From positions 45,114,788-45,178,787 of the forward strand of contig CM120640.1 in the NCBI GenBank assembly GCA_051362555.1: a DNA stretch of 64,000 nt. Reading direction: 5' to 3'. Both the position numbers and the translations under genes were made by a program. The stretch is from Lingula anatina (taxonomy: Eukaryota > Animalia > Brachiopoda). Position 1 is the stretch's first letter. Every line of letters begins with the position of its first letter. Under the pieces are notes generated by a model. That model saw nothing but the letters and a program-made list of their open reading frames with translations, made no database searches and had not been told where the DNA came from. Positions 15,601 through 29,490 of the stretch are shown here, piece by piece.

Positions 15601-18600
15601 GGATTTTGTTGCAACTAGTTTGAAGATTCATTCCATTTTGACTCTTTTGATACCTCATTAAGTACTGTAGGTAATTTATGAGTTTAAACTGATGGTTTAC
15701 AACAACTTAAACTATAACCATACTGGTATCTTAAACTGAGTCAAAAAAATTGTATTTATTTTATGTTGAGGTCCTGACATCATTTTGTGTAAGAGCAATA
15801 TTATTTTAACCAAAACATGTTATTTCTGAACAAAACAACAAAATTTCTTCATAAATGAGATTCTAAAGACTCATGAAATTTTTGATGTGCAAACAGTTAT
15901 TTACACCAAAACAATTTTGAGTTGTCTTTACCCCGTACAATGTAGCTGACATATGATTTCAAAATACAACTAAAATGTTTTTTTTTAAGTTTTAAATAGG
16001 AGATAAAAAGGATCATTGTAGAAGTAAAAATTACATAAGAGAGTGACTGTAAACATTTGGTGATCATGCTTGGTTAATTTTCTAACATTTAAATTTAGAG
16101 AGAGAGAGAGAAAGCAGAAAAATTTGTCTCAATATTTGGTAATTTTTTTACTGCCATAGATGCAGACTACAATTCTTTATGGTCATTCTCATACAAAATA
16201 TTAAAAATTTACCAATCCAGAATTACCACATGATATGCTCATTCTAAATTGTTGCATATTACATAGAAAGCCTTTTCATTGACTGCATTTTATTTGTATC
16301 TATCTTTCATAATAAGCATAAATATCAAACTGAAATTTCTTTGTTTCTTCCTCAAAATTTTTTCAAATTGCAAATCAAAATGTTTCAAACTGCATGTATA
16401 TTTCTGCTCTTCTGTAAAGGTTTTGCTGAAATTTGCCATGAAAAAGCAGCAGCATAAAAACCAACTTCTAAAATTTTAGAATTATTTGAATTCATGAATT
16501 TGAAAAATCTCACTTTTTTGTACCCTCTTTTTGTGGTTAAATTTATCTCCCAGCACATCATAAAAAGTTTAAAACATTGCTAGTTAATATATATTAGATA
16601 ATTGTTAGACTTATATATGAAGCGCACATTATGAATAATTATTGTGAATTGAGTCTTATTCATTTTGTGAAAAAGCGTCTCTTGGTATTCATCAATATTT
16701 CAGAATAAATGAATGATAGGTTTAGATAAAGCTACTTATTCAAAGAAATCTTTTTTATTTTACTTTCAATGGATACATTTTTTGATAAGGCAGTTCTGTA
16801 ATATTATTCCTATTTCACAATGTTTAGGAACTATATTTTGGAAGTGCTATATTTTTGGAAGCTAATAGAGACTTAGTGAAATTTTTAAATGAAATTTTGA
16901 AAAACTTACATACAAAATGCTACCAGAACCTCTACATAAAATAAAGGGAAAATATAGTCACTCTTAAATATTAGTCCTTGACTGTTTAAAGAATATATTT
17001 AAAAAAGGGCACTGACTCATAATTTGAGGTTGAGATATTTGCATAATTTTTGAAGGAAATTTAATATTTTTCTTTGTGCCGCTAATTTGTAAATTTGGCA
17101 TTATATGTCTAATGGCAGTGTCCTTGCTGACAGAAATGAATATATAGAATTCTGTGGGTAAGGAATGTTTTCCTTCTCAGAAAAAAAGTTTACAGTAGAA
17201 AACATTTCCTATCAAATATTTAATATAAATATTCTTACATCAAATGTTAAAGATAAGGATGTCAGAAACTTCTCAAGAGGATACTATTTATATGTAAATA
17301 TTTTTATGCTAATAGATCTATGTATTTTAAATTGAGAAAACTACAATATTTTTTTCATTATTGCATATTGCAACATTTTTTTATTTTGCTTGAAATGAGA
17401 TTAAAAGAAAAAGTAAAAAAAGTTCAATATTGTCAGTGATATTATTATCTTATCTCATTTGTTACATTTAATTTTGATTTTTTTATCTCTTTACTCATGA
17501 TTAACATATTAAGCATATTTTAATGTACTGCTTAGAGAATGCATTGATTATGCTATATAATGAATATATCAATACATGGAAATGTTTTTGAAAATCTAAC
17601 TGCTGGTGTATTTAGCTGTACACTTTCAATTTTTGTGCACTTTTTTTTGTGTGTTTTGCAATTTTTTTATTATTAGAAAATAACAGTAATTGATAATATA
17701 GGTCTATAGAAATTCAGCAAGGGAAATTGATTCTTGATTAAATATTTGGCATTTCTTTTGATGACAATTTGTGATTTCCCTCATTATGCAATGATCAGCT
17801 TAGTATTTACTCTACCTGCATAAATTTAATTTTTTTTTCTGAAATTAGACCTAAATAGTTGACATATAATCATGCTCAGTATCCCCGATACAGGAATGTC
17901 TCTTTAGCACACTGGAATGTGAAGGTTGAGTTCCAGTTTTTTTTTCTTCCCAACTGTTGTATTCTACATGGTTGCTATTATAGAGAGCAAAAAGACAGCA
18001 ACTTGGCACAAAGAGCAGTCCTAAATCATGTTAATTTTTTTTAAGAACAATTTTTGTGTAGTTTACTAATACACTTCACTTAGAGTTGACGTAATTCAAA
18101 CAACAGTAAGCAGTGTGTAAGTATGCCATCCAATATATTGTATAACTTGGTAGTTTGCCAGGTGAATTATTGACTAAAGTCTCTTTTGCTCCATTGTGTA
18201 TTTCTGTGTATCTTTTGTAATTCTGTACACGTGGCATACAACATTTGGTACAATTACATCATTTTTCGTTAAACAATAAACGAAATAACTACGAAGTCAT
18301 TTTACGATTCTATTTTCTTACCTTATAAATTGCTTAGTTGCCTATTCCTGTTTTTTTCTGGCTCAAAGTCAAGCTTGTAAATTGTCTATGTTGGAATTGA
18401 GGGGGAAATCTGTGGCTTTCCTTACCCACAATTTTGGTAAAAGGTGTTGTCTGCTGCGAAGCTGTTTTGCAAACCAACAGAGGTTTGAACTGTCCAATCA
18501 CACTCTCTGACCTGGTTTAGTTTCGCTATGTATCATTGGATACTAAGGATGTTTTCTTCTTCCTTGTACAGTTTCTGTGGTAATATTAAAGTGGTTCCAC

Positions 18601-21600
18601 TCGATCAGATCAAACTGACAGAATACTATTAATTACCACTAACAAAGAGCTCTGTACATGATTGTGTTTTGTTGAGCAAGTCTACCAAATGACCCCAGCA
18701 TAAGTACATGATTGTGTTTTGGTTGAGATTCTCTGTATTCTTCCACTTTTTGTTTTCTTTTGAAATAAGAAAAATATTCTGGTATTTCTTAAAACTATAT
18801 TTTCAGTTTCTTGTTTCAGTTTAATTTTAAAGTGACCTCTGCATACACTGTAGCACCTTTTATGTCATCAAGATTATGTGGTTTTGCACACAAAGAGACT
18901 TGTCTTTGCCCATCCCTAATGTCAACTTGGGGATTTCCTTGTCCACCATGGATAGTCATGCCTTTCTCAGGTATTAGATATGATAAAAAGATGAAGATAA
19001 AAAATCTTATACAGTTTCAACCAGTATAACTGGACCTCACCTACAAGTAATAAAATGATATGATAAGACATATAATGTTACAGCACCTGTTCCGCCTTGC
19101 ACTGATTTGCACTATTTGTGTGTCTTTGACACAACATAGACCCCCCATATCAGTTACAGTAACACAGCTATGATTCATCTCAAAGAATTTTAATAGGTTT
19201 GTGTATTTCCTGTCGCCTAGCTCTAATTTATGTGTCCAAATTTTGAAACAGATAATAATATACGAGTAGTTTTAATATATGAGTAGTTTTGGCGGGAAAG
19301 GTTGAATGATCAGAAAATAACTACTGTCTGCTTAAAGGCAGTGTTGTTAAGCTATTTCCATTTTGTAATGCTAAAGGGTCAAAGGATTTGTGGTCTGTTG
19401 GCTTATTTTGGCTGTGTGAACATCTTTAATTTTCTATCACTTCTATTGGTTGCTGGGATGTGGCGGGAAAGATAACCAATCAGATCATACCCCCTGCAAA
19501 GTGAATTGCTTCCTGTTTTTCACGGGTAATCAGTTTTGGTTTGATGTGTTATTAGAGGATTTTCAAAAACTTAACTGCTTTGAGGTAATTTATCTCTGGC
19601 AGTGATAAGTCCAAAGGTAATGGTATTGACACAAGTTTTCTAATTACATCACACTGACTTTAAACCACAAACATTTTCCTATTGCACAAAGGCATTATAT
19701 TTTTTGCAAAAAAGACTTCATCTTGTTGTTGTTTGTTGTTTTATGTACTTTGATGTATTATGTTCCAAATTATCCAAAATTATGTGATTGCGCAATGGAA
19801 TGTATTTTGAGGTATGCAAATAACACACACAAAAACATATCATGTCTGTTAAGTTTCTTATTTTTGTATTTACCAGTATTTTTTGTCATTTTTTCTTTGT
19901 CTGTTTTTTTATCCACATTTCCACAAGGGTTGTTTTGTTATGAGTAACTCCCTAAAGTGGACTTTGATGTGTTTGCTTAAATTCCTTTTTGACAGTTAGA
20001 AGTTTTTATACTAAGTTCCAGGTGAGTTGGAAATGATTGCCTAAAGCTGTACTGTCTGACACAACAGCACTTGAATAGGTAAAATATAAATACATTTCTC
20101 AACATATATTAAGGAGTAATTCTAAAAATCTTTAGAAATACTCATAAAGAAGTTTCACCACAGGGACATTAGTAAAGTATTGGGTCATGCCACGGTCAAA
20201 CTATTTTCAAGCGTCTTATTCTATAAGGATATCAGTTGAGGAGGTTCAATAATTTAATGAATGAACCTGGACTTTGCTACCTACATTGTAAGCAGGGAGA
20301 GTCATGAAGAAATCTGAGCCATAAACATTGAGATCATACTTGTGGTTTTCCTCTAGAGCTTTAGCCTATAAGGTAGTCCTTCTACATACCTGCTGAGTAG
20401 ATGATACCTTTATAATTGACAATGGTTACATATCTGTATCATCACTTCTGGGTGTTCTACATACTCGCAACTGACTACAGTTAAACTTTTGAATGTGCAC
20501 TTTATTTGAATTTGCTGTACTTTAGGGAAATGATTTTTTTATTTCAAAATTTGTCTTCTCTGTTGCAATGATCACATTGCAGTGTGTTTGGTGAAGACTG
20601 AAAAAATTAGTCCGTAGCACAATGGTGACCAACTGGTTATGATTCACTTTGCTGTGCAGAATTTAAAATTAAATGATATTAATGCCTAGCACTTGACCAC
20701 TATTCAAGCTTTAAATCATCAACCTAACTGACATTGGCATGATTCACATATTGTATGTATATAGTCCACTAAATAAGAAGTTGGAAGAATAAAAAAGTTA
20801 AAAGATCAACATAAAGAGGTTTGTTTTTCTTTTGTTGGATAATGTTTCTTCTGGCATCTTAGCCTTTTACGGGAGTGCCAAGACAAATCTTTATAATAAG
20901 ATTCCAAGTAAAATGTAATTAGGAAGAAACATGTGCCTATCGGATTTGTTGGCCACAAATATGGTAGCACGATATAAAAAACATGCTGTGCTCCTGCTGT
21001 TTTTGTTTTCTATTGGCTTTCTAATGAAGAGATAGAGAGGCTTTTGTCCTATACCTAGTAAGCCGAGTTGATTAATGTTTGATAAACACACCCAGCATGT
21101 TTTATCCCATTTGATTTCAAATTAATGAATGATATAGGTTGCTGCTCTTAACTGCAAGATTAAATAAAAGCATTTTTTGTATAGACTAGACTTATGGCAG
21201 AACCATATATACTATGGGTGTATATTAAATACTACAGAATTCAGGACCTGTTTTGGCTTACGACACCAGTCAGTGATCAGAAAATGCCAAACAAATTATA
21301 AGCTTCTAATAATGTTTTTGTGGATCACATGCATGACCTTCAGCTCCCACCCTGAGTTTCACAGAGCTCTGGAAATGACAGAGACATGCAGATAATAGGG
21401 ACTAGTTTCCAGTAATCTCAAAATCTCAGGGTGTTCTTTATCCAGCTGCTTCTTTGTAGTAGTAAGCGGCACGTGCCATGAGTATGGGGGCGGCTGTTTG
21501 AAATAACTGACCTGGTTCTTATTACTATTAAGCAATTGCTAATTCCCCTGCCTGCTTAACTTGAAGTACCTGGGGTTTTGATAGTAAAACCAGGGAAGAA

Positions 21601-24600
21601 GTGGGTGTTCATGTGATCAAGCGTTATTTAATAGCGCCCCTTGAAATGTTTGTTAAAGCCGACTTTGATTAGTTGGCAGAGGAGTTATTTACCAGTCATT
21701 TTAGCACATGACCGGATGGTATCATTAACTGACAGGGTTGTTTGGCTCCAGGTTTCAGGTGGTCATTACATCATTGATACTTGAATTAAATCTGGGATAT
21801 TTTGGCTGGATACACTGACAAAAATATAGATATGTGAATTGCCAATGTTGCTGCATAAGTGCAACATTTGATTTTTTGTTTGAATTTATAGTGATTTTCT
21901 TTTGCATGAATATTTAAACTGCCAGCTCTATGATTCACCTGTTTTGCATGGGGCAACTGACATCAATATTCTTGAAAGAAAAAAAAGTTAAAATTTTTAA
22001 TTGTAAGCATTATGCCAGATTTGACTTTTTTTAGACCAAGGCAACTTAATTTTTCTTTCTACAAAAAATTAATTAAATGTCATTGAAATTCATTTGAATT
22101 TTTTATATCAAATATTATATATGCAAGCATACATACTGCTGCACATGCACTTAAATGTGCACTTGCACCTACATTCTCATGTACATATTTCACCTATGAC
22201 TAAATATATATTGCAGGACATGGTACTGTTAGACAACAGATATTGATAGAGGTCAAAAATGGAAGTCATTTACTATATCTGTGCCAGGTGGGGGAGTATC
22301 ACATGCTATTCAATCATTCATAATATTACATTTATTAAAATACATGCAACCCAATTAAAGCTGATTTATCATAAGTTTTATGCTTACTGTTATGATTATA
22401 CAGTGACATATCTAATATAAATATAAAAGTCAGATAGGTGTTAAGTTTTGAAAATGAGTGAATATTATGAATGAGTATAATTTGAGGTTTAAAAAAACTT
22501 ATTGGGAGTGCTGATTTAATGCTGCTTGTGTTTTTCTTTTTTTCCTGTGTTTTTTTTAAGGGAATGTCATTTTCTACTGTTGTATGATATAAAATTTAAT
22601 TCAGATAAGGAAGTAAAAAAAAAACATTTTGAAAACATATATGTTTTATATATTTTGCACTATTAGTGATCACCTTTACAGAGCTACTTGTCTTTTGATA
22701 CAGATGGCCTTATGATGGGCTGGCAACTTCCGCACCACTTCAGAAGTGCTCTGATCAATGTCAGAGGTACTCAGTTTTACAATTTGCAACATATTAAATC
22801 AACTTTTTTTTCAAAATCTTACATAATTATCCCATTGGTTTTATAATTGTGTAAGGTTTTGGCATAGTTGGAGTTGCCCCCCCCCCCCCCCCCCCCTTGC
22901 AGGGCAGAAGCCTATACTCCCTGGAATCAATTATGTCAAGTGACTAGTAAGTAAATTGTATTGAGGTTTTCCACAGTTTAGGATGATTATAACCCACTAG
23001 TGGCAATGTTGTGGTTTGCAATGTTGTAACACAGTATTTGACTAGAATGTGAAGCCACTGTGACATTGAGCTGCAGTGAGTATGGTTTCTGAGTTATCTT
23101 AACTCACTGCTGCCCAGAATAACTACAGCATATAACAGGTTAGAAAATATTTTTTTTTCAATATTCTAGGATGTTTAGAATTTAAAGAATATATGAGGTG
23201 TTCATTGGGAGTGAAATTTTGACTTTAGAGAACCACACACTTAATATAAATTGTTAACTCCAAGTTTCAAATAGACTATTTTAAGACCTTTGTTTATAAA
23301 TTCTGCAAATGGTTTAAATCACCAGAGGTGAAATTGATTGAAAAATATTAATCATGAATTCTGGTTTTTGCTGAAGGTCACAGATGTCACTATTGAGGCT
23401 TTTGATGTTAAATTTATCATCACAGCACCCGCATATGCATACAAATTTCGTTAAGAATCTAGAACTGACTCCATTGATGCCAGCTGCTACGTCTGGCTGG
23501 TTAACAGGTAGATGTTCCATTATTTTAATTTAATTTTTTTTTTTTTTTTTTTTTTTGGTAAAAGTATGGAGTGAACTGAGAGGGGATTATAAAGAACTGT
23601 TTAATAATGATATTGTTTTAATAGGATAATTCATGTGCCTAAAACAAGGAGTGGAAATAATCATTTTTGCCTCTATTCTTAAACCCCCACCCCTGACCCT
23701 GAAAAACATGATCATGAAAGGATGATCAAACAGGCCCATACTAGAGTTATGATCAGGTGAAACACCCTCTGGTGGGTTCGTATGACTCCTTATGGTTTGG
23801 CCATATTATTGAAATTAATAAAGGTGAAAAAAGTGCATTCTATGAGTGTTTTTGTTGTTGTTTTCCACATATTTAGCCCATCTTCCATTCTGAGAACAGA
23901 AAAGATATTGATACCACTGTATTGAGACAGTTCCCCAGATGTACCTACTGATACACTTAAGCCTAGATTTACGCACATAACATAAATGTATGAAATCAAA
24001 TGTCATTTGCTGTGGTATTAGAGTACTTACATATATGGGTGTTGAAGAGTTTTATTTATTAATTGCTATCAGAAGATTGCTGTCAGCAATGTCAACTACA
24101 TGGCACATTTGCGCACGCACATACACACACACATCAAATTATTTGTTTTAAAAGTTTTTATCATTGGTTTACATCATTAAGGAAGAAAACACTTCGTATG
24201 CAATGATAAAAATTCTAACTTACTCATAAGTAAAAAAAAATTCACTTTGCGTGGGATATTGTATTTTAAGAATGATATATTTTATACCTCTTTTTCTTGA
24301 ATTTTAAACTGACTGTACTAATTCAAACCATACAACTTGCAAACTTGGCCACAAATACACTTTACTTTGCCTGGAATGAGTGCGCTTATATACATCAGCA
24401 GGCAGGAACATGTGAGTATCTCACCAAACGTAAAAACACATGCAACCGTGTCCACACATACCCACACACACTAGTCAGATACAAACTACCAGACCTCCTG
24501 GACCCTCGTTTAAGCCAACATCACAAGTGTGAAGCAGGGGTTTTAAAAGAGCCTACCTTTTGGTCACACACGTTCTGGTTTTGATATCAAATCAATGAGC

Positions 24601-26303
24601 AACCAGAAATGTGGCTGGCATCCAGATATGGGCTTCCTTTCTGACCACAAAGGTGAACTTGACCTTCAACCCCCCCCCCCCCCTTTGAGTAAATTAATGA
24701 GTAATGATCTACATAATTGTACAACTTTTAATTAAAACTTCCTCTACTGATGCCTGTACAAAAATAAACTTGTTCACTTAATGCTGATACATGTCATAGT
24801 GAATTAGGCCTTTGCTTTGAGAGGTGTATTGGAGGCTTGGTACCTGAGTATATGGTGGAAACTAGATCGTTTCAATGGGGGGAAAATGGTGAATTTTACA
24901 GATACTGTATTTTTTAGTCAATATTTTTAAATTAGAGCAATCCTACTGTTGGTAACAACAAAAAGCAGATTACTCTATATAGTTCTATTCTATGCAGTAA
25001 AAGCACCACAGATGCTATATAGTAATATATTATTTTTGTGATTATAAAATTATGAATCTGAAAGGCTTTGGGCACCAAGACACCTTAATCCTGGCTTTAT
25101 TTTTAGACATTGTCAAATGGTCTGGGGGGGATAGTTCATATTAACTTGACCTGTGCCTCTGCAAAATTGCAAAACTCAGACCTGCTGCAATCACACACAA
25201 AGCTCTTTTTTATATTTGAAGAGATATCACAATTTTTGAAATACTATTTGACTGATATTCAAGTCTTTATACAGCTATCACTGGAATTGATTTTTTTCCC
25301 TTTTACTGGTCACTCCAGTTATCTTCTACCAACTTTTTAATGCACATGTACATTCAGTATTGTATGGTAAATAAGTTAGTTCAAACCATCTCCACTACAA
25401 GCGGGCCTTTACTTATGCAATTTTGATGGTGCCGCAAACCACGATCAACTGCTTCTTACCACAATAGCCACAAACAGCCACAGCGTTACCTGGAGATTTA
25501 CCTCACTTTACCTTGCACGTTTTATTATACTATAGATATATAGATATAAAAAAAGTTTGTCAGTATACAAGATTAATGTTAAAACTTCATATTGGCAAAC
25601 TATATTTAAAAAAATAAATATTCATATATAACCTCTGAACCTGATCTAGTCTGCATTGAAAAAGAGATTAAGGGCTGTGTAATAAATATATCTTTGTGAT
25701 GTAGTTCATGTAATCAAGTTTTTTTTCCTCAATAAAAAACATGTTTGAGTCTGATAGACCTTCTTTCATATTTTTTTTGAAACTTAAGAATTACATATTT
25801 ATCTTGGCATGTATATACTTCAGATTAATATTTTGAGCATTTACCCTAGTGTGTAGGTGTGCAATATGGTGAGAAAATGTTTTCTGAACTACCAGTATCT
25901 TGAAGGGTTGAATGATACAGTTAAGTATTGGAAACTCTAGATACATAAGACAGTTCAAGTTTTCCCTCTACCACCCAGTTATGCAAGTATACATGGTTAA
26001 AAGATTAATTGATCGGGAGTTAGTTCCTGGTGTAGGCTTGAACCATTAACTGGATATCTGGGTAGAAAAAGTTTGTGTCATTGTCTTTTTTCACCACAAT
26101 GTCAGGATTATTTCTTTGTGCATTAAAGACAAGTGGAGTATCTACATGAAAACATTATATCAGGGATAAAATGCTTTGTAAGAGATTTAGAGATTTGCCA
26201 AAAATAATTTTTACTTATTCAGATCAAGTCTTGATCCGTTTTTCTGTGCTTTGCGGGTTGTGTCAACCAGGAAGTATTACTACCAGGATTCAGGTTGCCA
26301 TGC

Positions 26304-26334
<31 letters not shown>

Positions 26335-26788
26335 ATGCAAAAATAATATTTTCAGGATAAAAGCATGTTGTGTCCTCATGGTGTTATCATATCTTGACAC
26401 TTCTGTGTCATTGTATGTTTGTCAGCTTATATTTCTAAGCACAAGTTGTCTCTTTAGTGTCAACTTAGTGTCAACTATGCCATCACACCTGTAATGAGAA
26501 ATGCTACCTTCCAGTGATGCTCTAGATCTTGGAGAAAAAAATATATATCTGCCAAGGGGCAGAGGCTGCTTGGGTGAATACTTGGACAAGAACCATTTTG
26601 ATAAACTTCAGACAACCAGTTTACTGAGAAAGCACATGTGCACAAATCTAATCATATGATGACACAGCATAGATTAATTTTCAGTCAAAAACAGGTTTTG
26701 GTCTGAATGCATTAGCAATAATGTAAATAAAAAAAAACATAACTCTATCCCTGATTGATTGTCTTTGGTGGTACAATAATTAACCTAC

Positions 26789-26828
26789 CTCTTGACCACA
26801 GATGCATCAGTAGTGGAAAAGCTGCCAT
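26789..26828 (-). CDS. Candidate short first coding exon (MAAFPLLMHLWSR, phase 1), possibly a distal Runx first exon
   Basis: aagATGG start context at 26828, 13 codons + 1 nt, donor AG|GTAGGT at 26788; TATA box 110 nt upstream. Runx identity is inferred from Supt3h-Runx linkage only; no Runt domain was seen in the window. Confidence 0.45.
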
Positions 26829-26940
26829 CTTCTTAGGTAACGTTACTTGAAGTGTGCCACAGCCTGACAGCAGCAGTCAACCACAACTCTGTGTGTGTGT
26901 CTCTGTGACAGCAGCTGGCAGCAGGTCTTGCTTTTATAGT
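26829..26940 (-). promoter_or_regulatory. Antisense TATA promoter and 5' UTR with Runx site inside the SUPT3H intron
   Basis: Minus strand: CTATAAAAG (TATAAAA at 26938-26932), CAGCTG E-box, Inr-like TCAC with A at 26906 (32 nt from the TATA start), TGTGGTT at 26885-26879. Confidence 0.5.
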
Positions 26941-28491
26941 TTTCTTTCCCCTATCTCTCTAGTCTCTCTAGTCTCTCTTCTTTCCTTATTTCTTTCTCTT
27001 TTTATATTCTTTTTCTGCCAGTTTCATTAATGTATAAGCTACTCACAGCAGTTTCTACTACACTCAGTCCTTTCTTTCTCTCTCTTTCTCTGTTTCCTGA
27101 TTTACCTGCAGGAAGAGTAAGGGTAACAGCAAAGGTTTGAAGCAAAATTATTTTTATAGCTGCCCAGAAGTCTCTGTCTATTGCTTTTTCTTGTTCTCTC
27201 TCTCCTCTCTTGATATATATATGGATGATATATTGTTGCAGCTGTGGTACTGTCACCCCCTTGCATGTGACAGAGCCTTGTTGATTTTTTCCTTAAAATG
27301 GGGTCGTTCTCTAGCTGTTTTTCTCCAACTCTCTCTTTCAATCTCTCTCTCTTTCCCCTCTGTGTTCAGAACTATGACACTCAGTAGCAGTATCATGTGC
27401 TGCAGCCAGCTCTCTCATTTCTGAGTCATCCCCATGTGGAATTCTGGCACCAACCCTGCCTGTATCTCAACAACAAGATTTTATTACGCCTTTGCTAACA
27501 TGATAATTATTTGAGTCATACCTATGCATGTTTGTTTGTGCATGTTATACTTGATTCTGCCAGAGTAGGAGAAAAAAATGAAGTGGAGCAGAAGATAATC
27601 CAAGAGGTTTTTTTTCTGTTGTCAGAATGATTTGTCATTCCAATGCATGGATTGTGTGTTGTTTCATTTCAGGGGACAGGGGAGGGGATAAAATGTAATT
27701 AAACGAATGATTAGATTTGTTTAAAAGGTTCTATGTAGTTATATTATATAAATGCATGTTTATATACAGCTTGATGTTGGCTAAGAGAGAGGCTCAGCAG
27801 TGATGTGTGAGATAAATTGAACAAAGTTTCAAGATATCAGTAGTAGAGAAACAGCTGGCTGTTATATTGTTGCCAAAAGAATAGTAACACATGATTCTAT
27901 TGAGCTTTTTTTTTTTTTCATGAAATTCAATTATCTGAAATTTTACCAGAGGAGATTCTTATCACCAAAAATAATCTCTAATACCAACTAATTGCAGAAC
28001 CTAATCTTTTAATGCTTTTGTTTATATATTTTGAACCTTAATAAATGGGTATATCAACATATAATCTTACTACTCATGCATGTCAATCTTACTACAAGTG
28101 TATGTCACTGATTTAAGCTGGTGACCATTCAGAAGCTTGGGTATCATTTTGGTTGATAAGGAAGCCAGATTCCAGACATTCTATAAATAAGTAAACTGTT
28201 GCCAGTGTGCCTATGTATAATATTAGTTGATACTCCACCATGATTGTATTACTGTTTGTTTTAAAGTTGCTAAGAGGCCTTACCTAGACGGTTTGAATCT
28301 ATGCAAAGTTAGTGATTAAGCAGATCAAACCGTAGGGCACTGCATAATTAGATAAGTAGGAGCCATTCAGAAGTTTTGTCAAATGTCAGAACCTAATCAA
28401 GTCAGATATAAAGGTATTTTATATAGTGTTCCATATTATTCAGCCACAAAATAATAATGGAAAAATAGTCATAATGTGAAAAAAATATTTA

Positions 28492-28495
<4 letters not shown>

Positions 28496-28541
<46 letters not shown>
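28496..28541. repeat. (TTA)n microsatellite
   Basis: Directly visible. Confidence 0.95.
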
Positions 28542-28542
<1 letters not shown>

Positions 28543-29171
28543 GTGAGATTGAGAGTCCAAAATTGTGATCAATTCTTTCTTCATTATGTCTCTCTTTTTT
28601 TTTTGTGAGTTGGGAGACATCTTTCCTCCCACTTTCCACCCACAAATTTTCAGTGATTTAACCTCAAATGCAATAATTAGAATTTTTAAGATAGAAATTT
28701 AGTTCTCATAGTAACCCACATTTTTTGTGAATATTTAACATAATTCGTGGAATTGCCAATATTTGAACCACATATTCCACCAGGCTTCATTTTCATATTT
28801 CCACAAAGAATGCATTTTTTTGTGCTTTAAGAGTTTGAGAGACACCTAGACAGGGAATGGGTTGCTAGTCAAAAAGGTGCCTTCAAAACTCAGTGCTTAC
28901 CTATGTTATAAAGAGCTGGGGATATTGTGCTGTAGTTTAATGTTTGATTAATTTGATTTTGTCGTCCTTTTTGTGCTGGAGACTTTTTATCCAAGTTGAT
29001 GTCCATTTAACACAGTCTCTATATTTTTTGTTGCTGTTATACCAATCCTGTGTTACTAAATTATATATAAGTAAAAATTTGGGGCTATTAGAAATGTGAA
29101 CAAACTGAAACAATTTATTGGAAGTTTTGTAATAAAGATAGAAAAGTTAAGAGTAAAGTAATGAGTTTCCT

Positions 29172-29490
29172 GTGGAATGCAATTGTCCTTTGTGGCACCC
29201 TGGATTAACTAGTGAGCAGTGCAATATAATTAAAGAATCTTTTCAGTTGAGGGCACTCAGAATTATATTTCCTGATTTATCTTATATTGATGCCCTAGTG
29301 AATGCACAGAACTATGCAAATCCTTCTTTCACAAAATTAAGAATGACAAAAATGAGTTGAATTATCTTTTAACCACCAGATTTTATAGAAAGTTAAGATA
29401 TAACAACCAAACCAGATTCTTTATGCAAAAAAATTTCAAGACAAAGATTAGGTAACATATTTATCCCATTTTCTTTAACTAACCTTTAGA
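29172..29490 (+). mobile_element. 5'-truncated, decayed non-LTR retrotransposon (CR1/L2-group) ORF2 C-terminal remnant
   Basis: ECNCPLWHPGLTSEQ...ESFQLRALRIIFPDLSYIDAL matches the post-RT motif LEYxxPVWHPxLT...LExxQxRALRII...LSYxxAL; frame is broken downstream. Confidence 0.8.

Noticed and set aside
15070-15623. Overlapping 83-143 aa ORFs
   Set aside because: No recognisable domain or coherent splice structure; chance ORFs or a decayed repeat.
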